Source of the DNA: Hemiscyllium ocellatum
Lineage: Eukaryota
DNA: 64,000 bases
Assembly: GCF_020745735.1 (NCBI RefSeq)
Contig: NC_083435.1
Location: 35,198,121-35,262,120, forward strand
Direction of reading: 5' to 3'
In this document: in pieces, positions 1 through 12,822 of the stretch
Position numbering within the stretch: the first letter of the stretch is position 1
Layout: the number at the start of each line of letters is the position of its first letter
Translations under genes and position numbers: made by a program
The notes under the pieces: model-generated
What the model was told of the DNA's origin: nothing
Database searches by the model: none
The model's input: only the letters and a program-made list of their open reading frames with translations

Positions 1-800
1 TCATTGGTGTTTCTATCACTGAATACCTCAACAACAATATCTTTGGGGCGACCAGAAACTGAACCAGTCTTGTTATATAAATGACTCCAAGAGCAGGTTA
101 GACGTGATGAATATTGCAGCACATTCCTCACCAACTCACTCCCATAGCCTGCCCATCATCTGCAAGGCACGACTCGGGAATGTGATGGAGTACTCCTACT
201 TGTGCGGATGAGTACAGCTCCAACAACACGCAAACAATTTGACACTATCCAAGCCAAATCAACCTACTCAATTGGCACCAAATGCACAAATATCCACTCT
301 GTTCACTTCCTCTACGACTGGTAGCAATCTGTACGCTTTCCAAGATGCAATGCAGAATTTCACCAAAAATACGAGACAGCACCTTCCAAACCAATAACCG
401 CTACCACATAGAAATGATGTGGAGGTGCCAATGTTGGACTCTCATGGACAAAGTCAAAAACCAGACAACATTACGTTATTGTCTCATAGGAAGTGACCCC
501 ACAGTTTGTACTTGCAAATAAATCTGTTGGACCCTAAGCTGATTTCGTGTGGTTAACTCTGTCCATCCAGAAAGGCAAGGGCAGCATATATGCAGGAAAA
601 TCGCCACCTGCAAGCTCCCTTGCAAAACACTCAGCATACTGATCTTGAAATATATCACCATTCCTCGACTGTCATTGTGGCATGATCTTGGAATTCGTTC
701 CCACCAGCTCATGAACTGAAGCACTGCAAGAAAGCAACACACCAACACGTTCTCAAGGGCAATACATGCTGACCAGCCAGGGACACACACAACCTAGCAG
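1..800 (+). mobile_element. Degraded 3' part of an L2/CR1-group LINE with a small palindromic Penelope-derived insert at ~430-560
   Basis: Matches the 3' portion of the LINE at 43450-43800 and its copy at 24215-24990 (gaccagaaact..., caagggcaata..tgctgaccagccag tail). Boundaries approximate. Confidence 0.65.
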
Positions 801-1829
801 TGAGAACGAAAATAAAAAGGTCAGTTTTAGCTTTGGGTCCATTTATGCACGGGTTTTATATTGTCTGGCATGAATTTTGGGGCAGCATTCAGCTTTGGTT
901 TCCTCAGGTTATGAGTTGGTTGATAATTTCCAGATTATGTGTATTTTGGATGTAATGTTTGCAATTAGCACAGACTTGCTGAACTAGATTACTTAACAGA
1001 GGTGTTTAATAGAGTCATCGATTCATATAAATACAGCACGGAAACAGGCCCTTCAACCCTACCCATCCATACCAAACAGGTTTTCGAAACTGAGCAAGTC
1101 CTATATGCCCGTGTTTGGCACATATCACTCCACAATTTTCATATTGATGTACCTTTTCAATTGTTCAGTTAATATCTGCGTCAGATACAATTGTTCAATT
1201 GTAATCATTCAATATGTTGGAATCAGGATTGAAAAAGGAGTCGCATTATGTATCAGTCCAATTTATGAACAAATTTCAGTTAGTGGTTTGGAAAAATAGT
1301 CGCAGAGCAAGATTCAACTTACGATTGCAAACCAACTCAGAGACGGGGGTCTCGTTGTTGAGAGAACTCGCTGTATTAGCCATAGCCAATTAGTTTCACA
1401 GTGAAGGCTCTTCATCTGAAGGAAGGTGAATCAATGTCAAGTTATAGACTGAGTTCAATTTCTTGAGGTAGATTCAATTCGTGGGTCATGATTAATTTCT
1501 GGGAGAGAATTGATTTTTCGGTTGAAATCCATTTCTTGAATGCATCCAGAGTTTACATAACGAGCTGCCTTTTTGAGTGTAATCTTACCTATATATTCTA
1601 CTATTAGTTAAAAATGGACATATTATGGAGAGGAGTCAGTTTGCAGTTTGATGTTGTTTAGTTGGATGGGATCAGTTTACACTTCATACTCGATTTATTT
1701 TACAAGGTAAGTTTATCCAAAATTTACACGATTTATTAACAGTGTCTTTGCCCATTGGAATAACCATTACTTCTCACTTTGCCTATCAATGTGATTTAAC
1801 TTCCCAAATTATCTAAACAAAGTCCAGAA

Positions 1830-1852
1830 CTCTCTCTCTCTCTCTCTCTCTT

Positions 1853-1884
<32 letters not shown>
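1830..1884. repeat. (TC)n microsatellite
   Basis: Direct reading. Confidence 0.95.
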
Positions 1885-1887
<3 letters not shown>

Positions 1888-2234
1888 ATTTCTGCTTCCC
1901 CAGCCCCCAACCCCACCACCTACATTCTTCATTCATCTCTGGTCTATGATGGTTTAAAAGTCATCGCATTTTTAACAACACTGTGTCACGAAAATGTAAT
2001 GTTATCCTCGAACGATTTAACTCTCATTGTCTCTCCACGGATACAATCTGAAGTCAGTGTGGTTATAAACATATTGATTTATTATTTTCATGATTACTCT
2101 TGCAGATTTGCTTTTTTTTTAATTATTGCATAATTCTAAAAGGATAGAAATAGTAGTATCATTTTAGGCAAACTTCTGTACAGAATATCTTCAAACTGAG
2201 TATGCTTGTAAAAGTGATTCAGGCCTTTCCCTTC

Positions 2235-3230
2235 TGTCTTGATGACGACTGACGTGAAAAAGGTTTTCTTTTCTTCAAAAGGCAACATTTGGTAGGTATA
2301 CTGATGGGATTATTTGAAGTAGTATTGTATGAAATGAATATATTTTATTTCTCATATCCATCTTCATAATAGACGACAGTTTGTAGTGTCAATGTGGAAA
2401 ACCTTGATATATTTAATTGATAGATTCGTTTTGTTCACTGGTGAATTTTATCTTTGATTGATATGTCGCCATTTCATATTTTTAGTCATGCAGATACGCA
2501 GAAGGTCCTCAGGGCCACCAGATCTCTAGCAAACAACAAAAAACCAAACGACAGCAATTCCATCCGTCTCCACTTGGCCCGCCGTCCAGTGTGACCTGGC
2601 ATTCTCAGTGTTCATCCGGATGCATCTTGTTGACAAACATTGAGGATGATGTGCTGCGCTAACACAAGGGCAATGAGGGTCATTGTTTAATTATTAAACT
2701 GAGATTGGTAGATAGAAATCCAATTTAGTCTGGCAATGACACTTTGCAACAGATTGTCAATTTACTTTGGCTCTGCTGTGTAAAAGCAAGTCATTCGAGT
2801 TCAGTTATGAGAATATTTTATCTTATCCTTATTTGCATTATCTTTGTCAGTTGTATTGTTCAAATCACAAATTATATGGACATTCCATTGATTAAGTGAA
2901 GGAGTGAAGGGTCTGTGGTGAGCAATTATTTTGGACGACGAGAATGACCTAGAATTGGTGAATATAAGAAAATCTATCACAAGCTGTTTGTCTTCTCGAG
3001 CAGCTTTACGTTCTTGTGGACGTTAACAGTTGAATATTTCCTCTGTTTACACAATAAAGATCTTCAATTTATGCTCACAGACAACAATGATCCATTCGCC
3101 ATCATCGAGCACATGATTGATTTTTCAACGTTTAAGTTCACGCACAGAAACTTATACTTACAAAATAATTCAGGGAAATTTCAGAGAGAAGTCGAAGAAT
3201 GATATTAAACATCCCTTAACTTTCATTGTT
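2235..3230 (+). pseudogene. GPR139-like GPCR pseudogene 1 (exon-2 equivalent)
   Basis: Frameshifted fragments LFEVVLYEMNIFYF, FIFD*YVAIS (DRY motif with TGA at 2459-2461), DLELVNIRKSI and LFVFSSSFTFLWTLT...NDPFAIIEH align to the intact GPCRs in this window. Confidence 0.85.
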
Positions 3231-4199
3231 AATGACGGGTTTCACAAATACCGACCTCAATCCCATCTAACCTAATTGCCGCAATTAACCAAATGAATCG
3301 CAATATGTTATTTGGAACATTGAAAGGTATCTGACATTCTGTATTCTATCTCTCTCACACTTTCGCTCTCTTGTCCCTCTTTTGTTACGTATTAACAAAG
3401 AACATCACAAATTTACAGAAATACTGCATCACATGACGGAAATAAAATGAGGTACTCGAACCTAATATTAGTTTTTTTCGGCAGAATTGCAAAATGGCCA
3501 ATAATAGATCCATTCCTTTAATCTCTTGTGACAGTTGTCTTTGTTGGTAATGTCAAGCTGGCGCTATATCGGCGAGGATCGTCATGTTGCATGTCCCTGC
3601 TCACCTGTCAGCGTTCATTCATATCCATCGATACATTATTTTGGCGCGAACATAGATCCCTCTTCGCACGACCTATATGTGACAAACTACTTAAATAAAT
3701 CTGCTCAGCGAAAATTTGCTCTTAACTTCTCCCGAGTATTCTGACAACAAAAAAATTGTGTACAAGTTGTGGTGGCAACAGTCAATACTTCCAGAGTGAA
3801 AACAAACTGCAAATTTCATACAGCATTCCAAAATTATCATTCAATATTATTATGAAATGATTAGACACAAGGTGGAGGCCAATACAGACAGCTAATTTGA
3901 ATCAACTGGCTATGGAGTTTAGTGTGGAACAGAGCATGCAAATGCTTCACCGCTGCTTTAATTGAGGTGCATACTTAAGAGAAAAAACACTTCAGCAGAG
4001 ATAAAAGAGGGGTAAAGCGAGGTCATGCTCAAAGATTAGACACAAATGTGAAAGCAACATGCAATTTGATCGTAGAACACAACGACACTGAAACACGCCT
4101 TTCGATTTATTGAGTGTGCCAGCCATGATACCACTTAAAACTAATCCGATTTGCATGCACAAAATCTGTATCACTCTATTCATGTGTTTGTCTTAATAC

Positions 4200-4800
4200 T
4201 TTGTAATGCCTATCATATCTGCTTCTCCCACCTCCGCGGCAGCGCATTTCACTCATCTACCACCCAACTTGTAAAAATCTTGCCTTGACACGCGTTTTTA
4301 ACATTTCCCGTCTCACTTTGAAATTAGTTTTTGACATTTCACACTGGGAAAAGTTCTCTGACTATCCACCTTTTTCATGCTTCATTATTTCGCTGAGACG
4401 TGTGTCAAATTATTTCTTATTTCTTCGCCTCAGCCTCTGATAACGCAATAAATGCAATCCCAGTTTGTCCAATCATTGCTCATGCGTTCTAATTCAGGCA
4501 ATGTCCAGGGAAAGCTCTTTTTCGGATTCTCCAAACTTTCTGCGTCCTTCCTGTCGTGTGGCAACCAGAAGTGCATCCATTACTCCAAACTGCAGATCTA
4601 ATATCTTATACAGCTGCAACATGAATCGCTAACTTTTATACTCCATACATCAACTGATGAAGGCAAGCATCCTGTATGCCTTCTTTTATCACCTTATCCA
4701 CTTTTAATGCCTTTCCAGGAAGTAATGGGGCACAAGGTCCCACTGTATGCTACTGTCCTAAGGGTCCTGCAGTTTACTGTATATATTGACATAAATAGAA
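4200..4800 (-). mobile_element. Old CR1 LINE 3' fragment
   Basis: Degraded similarity to the CR1 3' region seen at 44700-45370 and 60945-61700. Confidence 0.55.
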
Positions 4801-5150
4801 CGTCGACATATTTTCCCAAATTTCCAAGTCCTTCTTCTTGCTGAACACTGATGTGAAGTACCTCACAATCGTCTGCTGCTCCCTTGCCAAATTGACTCCT
4901 TTGTTCTTAAGTAAATGAAATTTATTGAGTTCATAGATTTTGTAGAAAATATGACTGCAAGTGTTAGAAATTCTTCAATATTACTTAGATATACTTTTAT
5001 TTGATATTAGAACGTTGCTAAAAGAAAACAATCCCACCTATTGAAGAAGGAAGGTGTGAAAATGCAGAAATTATGAGAACATCATTTGCTTGTGAGGAAC
5101 ATAGAAAGGTTCAGAGCGAATGAATGAAACTTAATTGCAGTTTGACATAC

Positions 5151-6843
5151 GTTGTGGTTCTGTTCGCCGAGCTGGGAGTTTTTGTTGCAAACGTTTCGTC
5201 CCCTTTCTAGGTGACAACCTCAGAGCTTGGGAGCCTCCTGTGAAGCGCTTCTGTGATGATTCCTCCGGTATTGAAAGTAGTCTGTCTCTGCCGCTTCCGG
5301 TTGTCAGTTCCTGTGCGCTGCAGTGGCCGGTATATAGGGTCTAGATCGATGTGTCTGTTGATAGAATTTGTGGATGAGTGCCATGCCTCCAGGAATTCGC
5401 TGGCTGTTCTCTGTTTGGCGTGCCCTATACTCGTGGTGTTGTCCCAATCGAATTCATGTTGTTTGTCATCTGAGTGCATGGCTACTAATGATAGTTGGTC
5501 GTGTCGTTTCGTGGCTAGTTGGTGTTCATAGATGCGGGCTGTTAGCTGTCTTCCTGTTTGTCCTATGTTGTGTTTTGTGCAGTCCTTGCATGGGATTTTG
5601 TACACTACATTGGTTTTGCTCAGGCTGGGTATCGGGTCCTTTGTCCTGGTGAGTTGTTGTCTGAGAGTGGCTGTTGGTTTGTGTGCTGTTATGAGTCCTA
5701 GTGGGCTCACCGATCTTTGGACACATAGCAGAAGCAGTAATGCAAAGGTTAGAAAAAACAGTTTAACGCAAATGCAACCCAAACTCTGGGTCAGATATGT
5801 GGACAGCACCTTTGTAATCATCAAAAACACTGAAACAGAGAACACATTCCAGATCATCAACGCCATACTCACAAGAATCCGATTCACGAGAGAGGAAGAA
5901 AAGGACAACCAGCTCCCATTCCTAGACGTGATGGTACCGAGAACACCACGAAGGTATACAGAAAATCCACACACACAGACCAAGTCCTGAACTATGAAAG
6001 CAACCACCCCAACACACACAAACGAAGTTGCATCAGGACATTATTCAAAAGGTCCACAGCACACTGCAGCACACCAGAACTACAAAAAGAGGAAGAAGAA
6101 CACCTATACAAGGTATTCACGAAAAACAGGTACCCGCGCAATTTCATCAGCAGATGCCTTAGGCAAAGACAACGAAATGAGGACATGCCGCAACCCAAAG
6201 GGCTGGCCACACTACCATACATCAGGAGCATTTCTGAACTGACAGCCAGACTACTGCGACCTCAAGACCTCATAACAGCACACAAACCAACAACCACGCT
6301 CAGACAACAACTCACCAGGACAAAGGACCCAATACCCAGCATGAGCAAAACCAATGTAGTACACAAAATCCCATGCAAGGACTGCACAAAACACTGCATA
6401 GGACAAACAGGAAGACAGCTAACAACCCGCATCCATGAACACCAACTAGCCACGAAACGACACGACCTTAGTAGCCATACACTCAGATGACAAACAACCT
6501 GAATTCGATTGGGACAACACCACTATCATAGGGCAAGCCAAACAGAGAACAGCCAGGGAATTCCTAGAGGCATGGCACTCATCCACAAATTCTATCAACA
6601 GACACATCGACCTAGACCCTATATACCGGCCACAGCAGTGGACAGCAACTGACAACCGGAAGCGGCAGAGACAAACCACTATAAATGCCGGAGGAATCAG
6701 CACAGAAGCGCTTCACAGGAGGCTCCCAAGCACTGACGATGTCACCTAGAAAGGGTACGAAACGTTTGCAACAAAAACTCCCAGCTTGGCGAACAGAACC
6801 ACAACAACGAGCACACGAGCTACAAATCTTCTCACAAACTTTG
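5151..6843. mobile_element. Penelope-like element (Poseidon-type) PLE-1 with inverted arms
   Basis: RT remnant (QPKLWVRYVDS) and GIY-YIG (NVVYKIPCKDCTKHxIGQTGR). Minus arm 5151-~5703, plus arm ~5704-6843. TSD AGTTT(G/A)ACATA at 5139-5149 and 6844-6854. Several frameshifts. Confidence 0.92.
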
Positions 6844-7106
6844 AGTTTAACATATTACGGTGCGTGACTGCACTTTTCATAAAATAAACACAAATTGGAT
6901 TAGAATGAGGGGAATAAGTCTTCTGAAGCAGTGAGAAGTTTAGGTGAAGGCAATTGTGTTAATGTTGTCCTTTAGCAAGTTAAGAATGCCTTTGATAGCA
7001 TGTTGCATTTTCGAATTCTTTGTGAAAATGAAGGTAATGCCACTATATTAAACATATAACACTGGATCATTCAAATTAAAGCATGTTATTCTTACTACTT
7101 TGTCCT

Positions 7107-7405
7107 TAGATTAGGTAGATTCCCTACAGTATGGAAACAGGCCATTTGGCCCAACAAATACACACCGACCATCTGAAGAGTAACCAAGACCCATTCCCCT
7201 CCTTTATATTTACCCCTGGCGAATATATTTAACAAAATGAGCAATTTAGAATGGCCAATTCACCTATCCTGCACATCTCTAGACTGTGGGAGTAATCCCG
7301 AGCACCCGGACACAGGAGAAGGTGCAAACTTCACACAGTCACCAAAGGCGGAAATGAACCCGGGTTCATGAGGCAGCAATGCGAACCTCTGAGCCGCCCT
7401 ACACC
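7107..7405 (-). mobile_element. HE1-type tRNA-derived SINE
   Basis: Reverse complement matches the SINEs at 28488 and 61172, including the B-box region (gaacccgggttc) and the tail. Confidence 0.85.
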
Positions 7406-7744
7406 ACCAAGAACAGCACAGCCCGTGGCATCGGTTCATCACATAATGTAATTATTCAACTGTCATCAGTATCAAATAAAACGAAATCTAAAGTCTCCAT
7501 CAGTGACCTCGTTAGTTTTCCGTACTTCCTCAAATACAAACCTTGTTTCCGGAATTTCTCCTCGTGCATCACGGTCAGAATCATCTTGACTTTACAATGT
7601 CCTCCCTCAAAATGACAAATTATCATTTGTGATGTATCGCAACTTGAGCAAAACACATACATCTAAATGAGGACTTTCTATAAGTGAGGCTGAGTGTCAG
7701 CTCTTTTATTTACTCGAACTCTAATTTTAACAGAAAGCATATCA

Positions 7745-8160
7745 AACTTATGAACTATAGGCCTGTCAGCCTGATATCAGTGATAAGAAAGTTGTTGGAG
7801 GGGATTCCTAGAGAAAGGGTTTAGGAATAGCAAAGGTCTGTTTATTCGGATAATGTCTGTCACAACCACCGAGCATACCTTCTTAAGATGTGAGGAGAAA
7901 GTTATAAAAGAGAACTCATAGACAAGTGTTTCACACGGGATGTGGTTCATTTGTGGAATCATGTGCCAGACGGAGTGATATATGCAGGTGCAGATACAAC
8001 ATTAATAAGATATTTGAATAGTTAGATGAATAGGAATGATATAGTGATGTATGGGCCAAATACAGACAAGAAAGATTAGATTAGTTTGGTAAACGTAGGC
8101 GCCGTGGACGATTTTTCCAAAGGATCTGTTTCCTTGTTATTCTTGCTATAGTTCTTTAAA
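7745..8160 (+). mobile_element. CR1 LINE fragments (RT piece joined to the 3' end)
   Basis: ataggcctgtcagcctgatatcagtg... followed by the CR1 3' UTR-like gtggaatcatgtgccag...gccaaatacagacaag. Confidence 0.6.
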
Positions 8161-8679
8161 AGTAGCATCAGAGGTGGATGGGGTGGTTAAGAAAGCGTTT
8201 AGCACATGACTCTATGACGCTAAAGGGCTGAACAGACCATTCTGAGAGTGCAACTTGTCCCAACAAAGAGGTGATACAGCCCTGACTGTCAATTAAATCC
8301 AGGCATCCATTTAGGAAAACATGGAACACATAACATCTTGATGAGGTTAACCGCTTTTCTGTGGAAAGGTGAACGGTGTTAAACTTCCACGATTGACCCA
8401 ATCTTCACTTGTTCCTTGTGAAAAGATGGTGGAGGTGCAATGAACACATTCATAGCTAGTCGTTTGGCATCAATGGCTTCAAAATTTAGCAAGAGTAGTA
8501 GGCATAACTATATTTTACAAATTCACATTCAAATACTACTCATACAATTTGGTAGATTCCTGCATGAACATATTCAAATGTGACCTAGTAGATGACTGGA
8601 AAATTATAGGTATGTGAGGTAATAATAATTATTATTACTACTATTATTTTTATCGTTGGTAATTCATGTGTCGTTGGCA

Positions 8680-9250
8680 TCACTGCTGGGCCAACACTGA
8701 TTGGCCATTCCTTGTTGGCCTTGAGAAGGTGATGGTCAGAGCGTGTTCTTGAACCACTGCAGTCCACGTGCTGCAGGCAGACCAAAACTACCATCAGGCA
8801 GGAAATTCTATACTTTAACCCAGTGACACAGAAGGAAAAGCAAATGTATTTCAAAACAGGATGGTGTGTGACTTATAGGATCAGGCGGTAATGTTCCACG
8901 CTACCTGCTGCCCGTATTCAACGTGATAATTGCCCTGTATCTCGTTGGTACTGTCTAAGCATGTTTGGTGAATTTCCAAAGTGCTTCTTGGAGATAGAAA
9001 ATGTTGCTCCATTGAGTGGCGTGGTAGGTAGAATGGATGTTTGTAGCCATGGTGCCAATCAAGCAGGCAGTTTTGTCCTGGATGATGTCAAACTTCTTGA
9101 GAGCTGCGTGTACCCATGCAGGCAAGAGAGGAGTCTTCCATCACACTCTAAAACATGAGTTGAGCTCCTCATCATCGAATTGATAACTTCCAATCTGTCG
9201 TCGCAGCTACATTATTTATATGGTCACGTCGATGGTGGGTTAATTTGTAA
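8680..9250 (-). mobile_element. L2/CR1-group LINE 3' end
   Basis: Reverse complement of the LINE tail (ccttgagaaggtgatgg...cttgaaccactgcagtcc; gtcctggatgatgtcaaacttcttgag). Confidence 0.7.
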
Positions 9251-9349
9251 TGGCAATATCACTGATCTTCTCGAGTCAGAGGATCATAGATATCTGTAGC
9301 ACAAACAAAGGCCCTTTAGCCTACCACGTTTACGCCAGTCAAAAACAAT

Positions 9350-10200
9350 CAACTGAACTAGAAAAATCCAAATTTCTAGCCATTGACCAATATGCCTTCA
9401 CACCACAAGTGCATGTCTAAATACGTATTAAGTGTTATAAGGGTTTCTGTCTGTATCATTCTAAAACGTAGTGAGTTCCAGATTCCTACCAACTTCTGAA
9501 TGGCCTCGTTTATTTGCACATCATCAGTAAACCTTTGGCCATGACCTTCAATCTGTAACAACCGGTTATTGATCTATCTATCAGGAAAAAAAGTTGCTTC
9601 CGATTTAGCTTATCGATGCAACTCATAATTTCACAAATCTCAGACATGTCCCCTCTTAACCTCTTCTGCACGAAGGAAATCAACTGCAGCCTGTACATCA
9701 AGGGCAAAGATTTTTTCTACTAGTTGGGAATTGCCATTAGTTGATATGTGTGTGTCGGGAATCTCCTTGCTACTTTCAGCTACAGCCTAAGTGTATTCCA
9801 GATCTTTCTGTATCTTAACATGGACTGTGTCAGTGTCTAAGGGGTCACCGATGTTGCTGAACATTGTACAATCATTAAAAAGATCTCCATTTGTGGCCTT
9901 ACAATGGATAAGTGGCAAATACTGAGGATGCCATGAATAGCCTGCAAAGGTACATAGAGCAAGCTGAGATTTACTGCTGATAAATATGAAGTGATACGTT
10001 TTAGATTAGTTAATAATAGGGATGAATGGATAATTGCATAATTCCAAACATTGCACAAGAACGTGGTTGGGATTGGGGCGGTCAGGGATGGCTTGGAATG
10101 CATGATTTCCAACTTTTGAAGGAAGCACACCACTTTATGCAAGGTACGTGGGATCCCTTGTTAGTACATTGTATCAAGATCTATCGCCACACTTTGTAAA
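9350..10200. mobile_element. Degraded CR1 fragments (minus-strand 3' piece ~9350-9700, plus-strand RT piece ~9840-10200)
   Basis: Similarity by eye to the CR1 copies at 43830-45375. Confidence 0.5.
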
Positions 10201-10224
10201 TATCTGAATGTCCATAATAGTAGA

Positions 10225-11444
10225 GATAAAATCACACAACACCAGGTTATAGTCCAACAGGTTTAATTGGAAAGCATTGGCTTTTGGAGCTCTGCTCCTT
10301 CATCAGGTGGTTGTGGAGTACACGATTGTAAGACACAGAATTTATAGGAAAACATTACAGCGTGATGTAACTGAAATTATACATTGAAAACTACCTTGAT
10401 TGTTTGTTAAGTCTCTCATCTATTAGAATGACCATGTAAGTTTCTCTCCTTTCATATGTGTGTGTGTGTGTGGGGAGGATTGTTGTGGTGCCTGTGAGAG
10501 AGTGTATATATGAGAGTGAGAGACTGTGAGAGAGTCAGAGGCAACAGCAAGGGATGAATGGGCACCGCACAAAATCAATAGACAGGAGCATTCCCTCCCA
10601 GTTGGAGATCACTTCAGCAGTCCGGGTCATTCGGCCTCAGACCTTCTCGTGACCAAGCTCCAAGGTGGACTTTGGGACAGGCAACAATGAAAAGTGGCCG
10701 AGCAGCGGTTGATAGCCAAGTTCTCTAACCATGAGGATGGTTTCATCCGGGACCTTGGGTTCATGTCACATTAGAAGTGACCCCATTGCAATAGACACAC
10801 ACACAGACACTCCGACACACACACAGACATTCGTACAGACACATACACTCACACATACACCCTTTCACAGACTTATACCCCTTTACATACACACGCATCC
10901 GCACTCTCTCACAACCACCCCCACCCCAACACACACATACACATATAAGTTTGTAAGTTGAATCCGTACCTGCAAAATTACATTATACTTTGCTCCAAAA
11001 CTGCATGAATCCATGTAAGATTCTGTTAATTCATCTTCTAGATTAGAATCAATCGAAACATTATGGCACAGACAGCAGCACACAGGGGTGCTAACACCTT
11101 CAATACATTATCTGGACTAACATCAATTGTTAAAGTTCATTTGAAAATGCAACTTTTAAAAGTGGTTTTGCGATTTACGTATGAAAGAAGTGAAACTAAC
11201 ATGGTCATTCTAACAGATACGAGACTTAAACAATCAAGGCATTTTTCAATGTATAATTTCAGTTGCATTACACTATAAACTTTTATTATAAATTCTGCGT
11301 CTTACAGTCATGTTCTCCACAATCGTCTAATGAAGGAGCAGCACTGTGAACGCTAGTGCTTCCAGTTAAACCTGTTGGACTATAACCTGGTGTTGTGTGA
11401 TTTTTAACTTTCTACACTCCAGTCCAACACCGGCATCTCCAAAT
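10225..11444. mobile_element. Penelope-like element (Neptune-type family N1) with inverted arms
   Basis: GIY-YIG C-terminal remnant at ~10540-10775 (MNGHR..LPVGDHFSSPGHSASDL..AEQRLIAKF). Outward-facing termini aaaatcacacaacaccaggttatagtccaacagg and cctgttggactataacctggtgttgtgtgattttt. TSD CATAATAG(T/C)AGA at 10213-10224 and 11445-11456. Confidence 0.85.
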
Positions 11445-12142
11445 CATAATAGCAGAAGACATTTATCAAACGGGCCCATTGATGCGGGCTTTTGTTCACA
11501 AAACCAAGTTGAAAATGCTGTGTCTTCTTTCAATGGTGTACTTGAGATTGTTGGCAGATTTAATTAAGGTAAATATGATAATGGCAGACAGACAATATAA
11601 CAAGATTCGTATTTGCTGATTGTGCAAAAAGCATGAACACAGACAGCTTTAAGATTTGGGAGAATCGTTTGGGGGCAAAAAGAATGCAGTGTGTCATACT
11701 CGCGTTCAGTAGAAGAGATTGAAAGATTGTTAAAGGGAACTTGTTTCTCACTTGATTGTCAAGCCTGCAATAATCCAGCGGTATTTGCTGTTTACTGAAT
11801 TGCTGTTTTTGAATCGCGGACAGCATAGATTAGTGAAATGACTTTCTCCAATGCTATGCTTAGTCAATTTATCCTGGTTGATGGAGCACGACTTTGTACT
11901 AATTCCATCACAGTATCCTACTGCATTATGCATAGAAGAGTGCAAAGTGAAAAGGCCACCTCCAGGATTATCAATGTCACTTGCAGTTGTTTAAACTTCT
12001 ACTTGAAGAATCAAAGTTTCTTTCAGCTGTCCTACCTTAAACTCAATGAAATCAAATCACTGTGTGATTTCAACAAAGAACAGTGCTGACGAATGCACAT
12101 GCGGAAAGTTCTCCCCACTAACCCCCAGCCACCTCACCCAGC

Positions 12143-12145
<3 letters not shown>

Positions 12146-12179
<34 letters not shown>
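12146..12179. repeat. (CT)n microsatellite
   Basis: Direct reading. Confidence 0.95.
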
Positions 12180-12182
<3 letters not shown>

Positions 12183-12822
12183 GAGATCTATCGAGAGCTC
12201 CTTAAATGTTTAGTGTCGCTTCGGTACATTTTGTACTCATTGCCTATATTCATGAAGCACTCGATCTCATATGCCTTATTAATTTTTCTATTTCTTCGGA
12301 GTTCTGCCTTTCAGACCAACAATTTATGTGATGAAGCAGCTTCGATAAAGTATTATGGACAAGAGTTTGTGGTGTAGCCGAGTAACCCTACCTCTGGATC
12401 GAAACTAGTGCTTTAATTCATAGCCAGCAATGTGCAATCCTAACAGGATTCAACACAGACTAAAAACTCAATCTTGGCATTTTCCTATACCTTCCCAAAT
12501 TCTTTTGCTCGAAGGAAAAACTTTCATAACAATATAATCGAAAACTAAACTACGTGTGAGCTAACACATGATTTTTTTTACATTTCTTTCATAGTTCAAT
12601 GGCATATTGTTTGGGTCTCTGATACGTGGTATTTAACAATTCTAGAATGACAGCTACTTTGCTCTTTCACTGCTGTTTTGTTTTTAATGATATGTGGATC
12701 TTGCAAAATTGGTCATGAACCAAACATTTTAGTGATGATATCTGCTCAACAAACCAACAGTGTCATTATTGATTTACTAGATTGCGTCAATGCGACAACG
12801 ACAATTTGTTTTACGTTGATTT

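Larger units (their letters stand above)
1..3890 (+). repeat. Segmental duplication copy A (copy B ~24215-28140)
   Basis: Colinear similarity at offset ~24200-24255 across LINE, intergenic DNA, GPCR pseudogene and 3' flank, e.g. atttatgaacaaatttca at 1261 and ~25478, and tctttgattgatatgtcgc at 2451 and 26651. Confidence 0.9.

Noticed and set aside
5207-6019. 270-aa minus-strand ORF as a gene
   Set aside because: It is a chimera across the PLE-1 inversion junction: antisense RT sequence joined to the sense GIY-YIG arm.
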